32,000 nucleotides of DNA from the NCBI RefSeq assembly GCF_000284455.1, contig NC_017039.1:750001-782000 (forward strand), written 5' to 3'. The position numbers and the translations under genes were made by a program. Within the stretch, counting starts at the first letter, position 1; every line of letters starts with the position of its first letter. A model generated the notes under the pieces. It saw only the letters and a program-made list of their open reading frames with translations, was not told where the DNA came from and did not search any database. Shown here piece after piece: positions 27,039 to 32,000 of this stretch. The DNA comes from Synechocystis sp. PCC 6803 substr. PCC-P. Its GTDB lineage: Bacteria > Cyanobacteriota > Cyanobacteriia > Cyanobacteriales > Microcystaceae.

Positions 27039-27166
27039 TGATCGTTGCTCCTGGGATAATTGTTAAAATTTATTGCGAATTGTTAAATTTTAACAACTTT
27101 TGACCAGGCGACAATGGCCTTTACCTTAGTCTGCGTTGGTTTGCAGGTTTTGGCCCTAGGCAACAA

Positions 27167-29512
27167 CTAGAAAATTACCGCCCCTCCCTCATCATCATCG
27201 CCATCTTCCATGGCATCCCAATCCATGGTGTCTTGTTCCTCCCGCTCGTCCCCATCTTCGTCATCATCATCAAAATCCATATTGGCGGAGTCTTTGGGGG
27301 CATTATTAACCGCTCCAAGGTCAATTTGTTGACGGTAATAGTCCACACTGCGCACCTGTACGTCCACCTCATTGCCTAAGCGGTAAGAAGTACGACTTTT
27401 ACGACCCACTAGGGCGCATTGGCGACTGCGGAACTCGTACCAGTCATCTTTGAGGGAACTAACATGGACGAGGCCTTCAGCCAGCAGGTCGAAAATTTGC
27501 ACGAAGAAGCCATAGGACTGGACTCCAGTGATTAAGCCCCGGAAGATTTCCCCGGTGCGGGCTTTCATTTTTTCAGCTTTTTTCAGCCCCAATAGATCTT
27601 TTTCGGCATCTTCGGCAGTTTGTTCCCGGTCATTGAGTCCCAACACCAACTGGTGCAAATCCCCTTCAATGGTTTCTTGGAGGTTGGGGGGCAACACATT
27701 CCAGCTAATTTGGTTACGGCAGGTGTGGGCATTGAGCTCTACCCCGGTTTTCATTTGTTTGGTCCGGCGATCGCGCCCCTCTGTTAAGACGAGTTTCAGC
27801 AATCGTTGTATTACTAAATCCCCATACCGTTGGGCCGGAGAAACACAGTGGGTATAACCGGAATCATAGGCAAGGGCAAAGTGGGGAGCGGGATGGCTAA
27901 AATACTTTTCGATTTTGAGAGTATTAGCCAGCAAATGGTTCAACACCGCTTTAGCTGGCAGGGATTCAAATGCTTGGCTGAGGTGATGGTAATGCTGGGG
28001 AATAATGTCCCCTTCTAGGTCAATTTTTACGCCTAAATCGAGGTTTTCCGCTAATTTAACAATGTCCGTTAGATCTTCAGCTTCCGGTGCGACCTGGCCA
28101 CAGTAGAGACCAGGTATGCCCAGGGCTTGCAGTTGGAGAGCTACTTCTCGCTGCAACACCACCATCAATTCTGCTAACAAACTACGAATGGGCAGGGTTT
28201 CTTGGGTCATGATCACCCCCAAACGACCCTCATCCAGGCGGGGGGAAGCGGTTTCTGTTTGGAGGTTAAAACTCCCCCGCTGTAGCCGTTGGGATTTAAT
28301 CAGGGGGCAAATTTGGAAAAATAATTCCTGGAGCAGGCCGCCGTAGGGTTTCAACTCGCCACTTACGGATTCAATGTCCGCCAAGGCTGTTTGCACTTCG
28401 CTGAAGTCTAGTTGGTGATCGACTTTGACCACACTGCTGTGGTATTCAAACCCTGTTACTTCCCCCCGGTCATCCACTGTGAGAAAGAAGGATAGGGCCA
28501 GACGATCTTCGTCGGGAATGAGAGAACAGCGCCCGATCAAACCTTCGGGGAACAGGGGGCAAATCTGTTCTTCTAGGTACACGGTGGTGCCCCGTTTACG
28601 GGCTAACTGGTCCAACAGACTATCTTCGGCAATGTAGTGGGCAATGTCGGTGATGTGAATGCCTACTTGCCATTGGTTTGCTTGGCTTTCTAAGCTCAGG
28701 GCCACCTCTTGCCAGGGTAACGTTTCCCCCCGGGGACCATCGCCAAAGGTAACTAACTGGAGCTTGCGATAATCCTGCCTTTTTTTCAGTTCCCCTGGTT
28801 CAATCACTTTGGGCAAACTTTGCAGAGCTTCGATGGCTTCGGGAGTCCAACCTAGGGGCAAATCATGTTTACAGGAAACGATATCGGTGTCGGCGGCGGC
28901 TTCAGCGTCACTGCCTAACACTTTAGTAACTTCGCCTAGGGGCGGGTGCTGGGCAATGGGATAACGGAGAACGGAAACATGAACGAGATGATCTACCGCT
29001 TCTCCGAGGTTTTGCTCCTTATCCTGAAGTTCCAGCTCAAATAGCAGGCGGTCATCTAGCGGCACAGCCCGGTAATTATCTTCGCTTTTTTTCACCTGCG
29101 CTAACAGGGAAGGATTGGCTCGGTCGAGAATGAGATGGACTGCTCCTTCGGGGGACTTGCGGCGGGTACCGTCCTTAATCACTTTGACCAAAACCCGATC
29201 GCCGTTCCAGGCATTGCTGAGATTCCCTTCCCGGACGTAAATATCGGTGGCATCTTCATCGTCTTGGATGGCAAAACAAAAACCCTTACTGGAACAACGC
29301 AGCCGGGCTTCCACCACATCTTCCCTGGTCACCCGCTTATATTTACCCCTTTCTTTGACTAGTACCCCCATTTTTTCCAGGGCATCGAGGGCAATCTGTA
29401 GGGCTTCTATGGCCTCAGGACTCTCACAACCTAGTTTTTTTTCGAGAAACTTACCCGCTACTAATTTGTCGTCAACAAAATAGGACAAAAGTGTGGCGAT
29501 CGAATAATCCAT
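27167..29512 (-). CDS. zam: Ribonuclease II/R (VacB) family protein, likely Zam ortholog
   Basis: RNB-domain motifs QWQVGIHITDIAHYI, DRLALSFFLTVD, YTHCVSPAQRYGDLVIQR, and C-terminal S1 domain RGLITGVQSYGFFVQIFDLLAEGLVHVSSL. Confidence 0.88.
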   Translation of the reverse strand: MDYSIATLLSYFVDDKLVAGKFLEKKLGCESPEAIEALQIALDALEKMGVLVKERGKYKRVTREDVVEARLRCSSKGFCFAIQDDEDATDIYVREGNLSNAWNGDRVLVKVIKDGTRRKSPEGAVHLILDRANPSLLAQVKKSEDNYRAVPLDDRLLFELELQDKEQNLGEAVDHLVHVSVLRYPIAQHPPLGEVTKVLGSDAEAAADTDIVSCKHDLPLGWTPEAIEALQSLPKVIEPGELKKRQDYRKLQLVTFGDGPRGETLPWQEVALSLESQANQWQVGIHITDIAHYIAEDSLLDQLARKRGTTVYLEEQICPLFPEGLIGRCSLIPDEDRLALSFFLTVDDRGEVTGFEYHSSVVKVDHQLDFSEVQTALADIESVSGELKPYGGLLQELFFQICPLIKSQRLQRGSFNLQTETASPRLDEGRLGVIMTQETLPIRSLLAELMVVLQREVALQLQALGIPGLYCGQVAPEAEDLTDIVKLAENLDLGVKIDLEGDIIPQHYHHLSQAFESLPAKAVLNHLLANTLKIEKYFSHPAPHFALAYDSGYTHCVSPAQRYGDLVIQRLLKLVLTEGRDRRTKQMKTGVELNAHTCRNQISWNVLPPNLQETIEGDLHQLVLGLNDREQTAEDAEKDLLGLKKAEKMKARTGEIFRGLITGVQSYGFFVQIFDLLAEGLVHVSSLKDDWYEFRSRQCALVGRKSRTSYRLGNEVDVQVRSVDYYRQQIDLGAVNNAPKDSANMDFDDDDEDGDEREEQDTMDWDAMEDGDDDEGGAVIF

Positions 29513-29865
29513 GAAACTGAATCCTGAGGTGGGCTTACGGGGTGAAGGGAAGCGTTAGAATTGTCGAGGTTTGCCATTGACCATGAAGTTTGTAATGGAA
29601 ATCCGCCCTCAGTAAAGTACTGAACTATGTCAACTGCAGGTGTACAGATGTTTTGGCGCGGTGTTCCCCCTCCACCAATCCCTGGAAAGTGGGTGAGCCA
29701 TGGCAGAGGGCAAATAAACTAGTATTAAAGGCAATGCACCAATGGAAGCAAATCCGACGGTGACAATCCATAACAACCCTTGATTGTATCAAAGAGAACG
29801 TCACCTTTGTGGTTAGGGTCCGTGGGCAAAGTTCTAATCTGCGCCCTCAATGGGAACTTTGATCT

Positions 29866-29905
29866 CTTTTTTCCCTAAACTTGGGGAGAGAGACAGGGAA
29901 AAAAG
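29866..29905. other. Perfect 10-bp inverted repeat (CTTTTTTCCC / GGGAAAAAAG, 20-nt loop)
   Basis: Read directly inside the roughly 680-bp divergent intergenic region. Confidence 0.6.
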
Positions 29906-30193
29906 TTTATTAGTGTGAATTTTCCAAGTGTGGATATTGTAAACCCTGACCATGGCGGCGTAGAAAAGCTTTGGCTAGAGAGAGAGCGAAGTCCTGGTCA
30001 CACTACATTACCGGACAAACTTTCCTAGGCGATCGCCTTTTGCCCCGGCCGGACAGCCGTTAAAACCATGCACTCCATGGGTCAAGGTAGAATGGGCCAG
30101 GATAAGTAATCCATTGAACTAACGCGATCTTCGTAATTCTCGATAACTTTTTTACCCATCAAACCACCGCCTTGCCCCCTTGCCCCATAAGTC

Positions 30194-31549
30194 ATGAGTG
30201 AAGTTTCTCTGCGTCCCGCCAAAATTAGTACTGTATTGCCGGGGTCCCTGGGGGAAGAAATGGGCTTTGAGCCGGGGGATGCCATTGTGCGTATTAATGG
30301 TCAGGCACCGAGAGATTTGATTGATTATCAATTTCTCTGCGCTGACGATTATTTGGAATTGGACGTATTGGACAGTCAGGGAGAATTACATGAACTGGCG
30401 GTAGAAAAGGAATTCGATCAGGATTTGGGACTGGGGTTTGAAACGGCCCTATTCGACGGGCTGATCCAGTGCAATAACCGTTGTCCCTTTTGTTTCATCG
30501 ACCAACAACCGCCGGGGAAACGGGAGAGTTTGTATTACAAAGATGATGACTATCGCCTGAGTTTTCTCTACGGCAGTTATCTCACTTTGACTAATTTGAG
30601 TGCCAAGGAATGGCAACGCATAGAACAGTTAAGGCTTTCTCCCCTCTACGTTTCCATCCATGCCACGGAAGCATCGGTGCGGGAAAGATTGTTAAAAAAT
30701 CATCGGGCCGGTCAGATTCTTGACCAGTTGGCTTGGTTCCAAGCTAGAAGATTACAGATCCACGCCCAGGTGGTGGTTTGTCCTGGTGTTAATGATGGTA
30801 AGCACTTAGAGCAAACTTTGAGGGACTTAGCCCAGTTTCACCAAGGGGAAACCCCAGCGGTGATTTCAGTGGCGGTGGTGCCGGTGGGTCTAACCCGTTT
30901 TCGTCCCCAGGAAGATGAGTTAAGCCCCGTTGGTCAAGCTAAAGCCACGGAGGTAATTGCCCAGGTTCAAGCTTTGCAAAAGGAATTTGCCCAGCAACTA
31001 GGTGGTAACTTTGTTTGGTTGGCCGATGAATGGTTTCTCATTGCCCGTCAACCTTTGCCACCGGAAAGCCATTACGAAGACTATCCCCAAATTGGCAACG
31101 GGGTAGGGTCTATCCGTCAATTCATTAAGGAGTTTCAACAACAAGCTGCGGAATTTCTCCCCCCGGCGATCGCCGAAGCCAAGACGTTGACCTGGGTAGT
31201 GGGCAATGCTGTAGAACAAGCGTTTGAGCTACTGGTGGAACAGTTAAATCAGGTAAAGGGTTTAACAGTTAATTTAGCGCCCTTAAACAGTGACTATTGG
31301 GGTCAGGAAATTACGGTGACGGGACTATTGACGGGGCAGGATTTAATCGCTAAATTGGCAGGCAGAGATTTAGGGGATGGTATTCTATTGCCTGCTCTGA
31401 TGTTGAAACATGATGATACTCGCTTCTTGGATGACCTCCGGGTGGCCGATGTGGCTCAAAAGTTGGGCACAACCATTTACCCTGTGGCTGATGTGGCCAG
31501 TTTGTTGGAACATTGTGTTCAGCCCATGGCTGTCTCCCGCCATTGCTAA
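30194..31549 (+). CDS. DUF512 / PDZ-radical-SAM-like Fe-S protein (cyanobacterial family)
   Basis: PDZ-like N-terminus VLPGSLGEEMGFEPGDAIVRING, the CNNRCPFCFIDQ cysteine motif, and a DUF512-like C-terminus. Confidence 0.85.
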   Translation: MSEVSLRPAKISTVLPGSLGEEMGFEPGDAIVRINGQAPRDLIDYQFLCADDYLELDVLDSQGELHELAVEKEFDQDLGLGFETALFDGLIQCNNRCPFCFIDQQPPGKRESLYYKDDDYRLSFLYGSYLTLTNLSAKEWQRIEQLRLSPLYVSIHATEASVRERLLKNHRAGQILDQLAWFQARRLQIHAQVVVCPGVNDGKHLEQTLRDLAQFHQGETPAVISVAVVPVGLTRFRPQEDELSPVGQAKATEVIAQVQALQKEFAQQLGGNFVWLADEWFLIARQPLPPESHYEDYPQIGNGVGSIRQFIKEFQQQAAEFLPPAIAEAKTLTWVVGNAVEQAFELLVEQLNQVKGLTVNLAPLNSDYWGQEITVTGLLTGQDLIAKLAGRDLGDGILLPALMLKHDDTRFLDDLRVADVAQKLGTTIYPVADVASLLEHCVQPMAVSRHC

Positions 31550-31820
31550 AAAACCCCGTTAATTTTTCTTACCCATGGGGAAGTTTGCTGGTTCAATAGG
31601 CCGAGTTGTAGTCGGCAGTCTATCTTGAGAACAATTGTTTTTACATGACAGATAGTGGGCTAAGAATAACTTTGCTCAAACCATTTGGTAAAACTGCTCA
31701 ATGGACGAGCCGATTTTCACCCCGGCTTTAAACGTCATGCACCAATCTCTGATTTACTGGTTTATTCATCTATCAATTCCATAGGCTTTTTGCTTCATCG
31801 CTCCAACTAACTTTTCTGGG

Positions 31821-32000
31821 ATGTCCTCCATGCCCCCCGTGCCTAGCTTACCGTCCACCGATGCCGTTATTCCCCCCGGCAATTTTGTTGAACCTCCCAC
31901 TTCTCCGGTGGTCATTCTCAAGGAGTTGGTGGCTAAGTTGTACCGGGAACAAAATAAAGTGCAGGATCTGTTGGGGGCCATGGGCTACGCCCTGCGGAGT
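31821..32000 (+). CDS. 5' end of a gene truncated by the window edge; by synteny possibly the RsbU-like PP2C phosphatase (Slr2031-type)
   Basis: The open frame from ATG 31821 runs to the window end: MSSMPPVPSLPSTDAVIPPGNFVEPPTSPVVILKELVAKLYREQNKVQDLLGAMGYALRS. In-frame upstream stop TAG at 31782-31784. No domain is visible; the assignment is synteny only. Confidence 0.5.
   Translation, partial: MSSMPPVPSLPSTDAVIPPGNFVEPPTSPVVILKELVAKLYREQNKVQDLLGAMGYALRS

Noticed and set aside
29866-29905. Intrinsic terminator interpretation of the CTTTTTTCCC/GGGAAAAAAG hairpin
   Set aside because: A/T-rich stem and a 20-nt loop with no GC-rich stem followed by U tract in either orientation. Retained only as an inverted repeat.
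1-32000. CRISPR arrays, tRNA/rRNA genes, transposases or prophage genes
   Set aside because: Looked for regularly spaced direct repeats, tRNA TpsiC-like GGTTCRAATCC motifs in the intergenic gaps, and integrase/transposase motifs. None were seen.

Overview
Cyanobacterial chromosomal window. I recognise it from gene content and order as Synechocystis sp. PCC 6803-like. It carries many copies of the HIP1 octamer GCGATCGC. I found no rRNA, tRNA, CRISPR array, transposase or prophage. From left to right it contains: the end of an Mrp/Mnh-type antiporter cluster (D-E-F-G-DUF4040-B); a DUF58 gene; a divergent Crp-family regulator next to a four-gene cluster of pseudopilin-like proteins, including a 799-aa one; an ABC exporter; a protein with two MshEN-like domains; a PacS-type Cu ATPase; fabD; a CheY-like regulator; a YbjN-like gene; a hemW-like/nadD-like/VOC cluster; folP; a GT39-like membrane protein; an FAD oxidoreductase; a PIN-type toxin-antitoxin pair; a zam-type RNase II/R; a DUF512 radical-SAM-like protein; and the start of a further gene. 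The best candidates for follow-up are the pseudopilin cluster (unusual Gly-rich/Cys/Lys-Glu pilin tail, long HIP1-free interval, atypical Crp next door), the duplicated MshEN-like protein, and a dispersed MITE-like repeat present twice. Gene names and locus comparisons come from memory of family motifs and synteny, not from a search.
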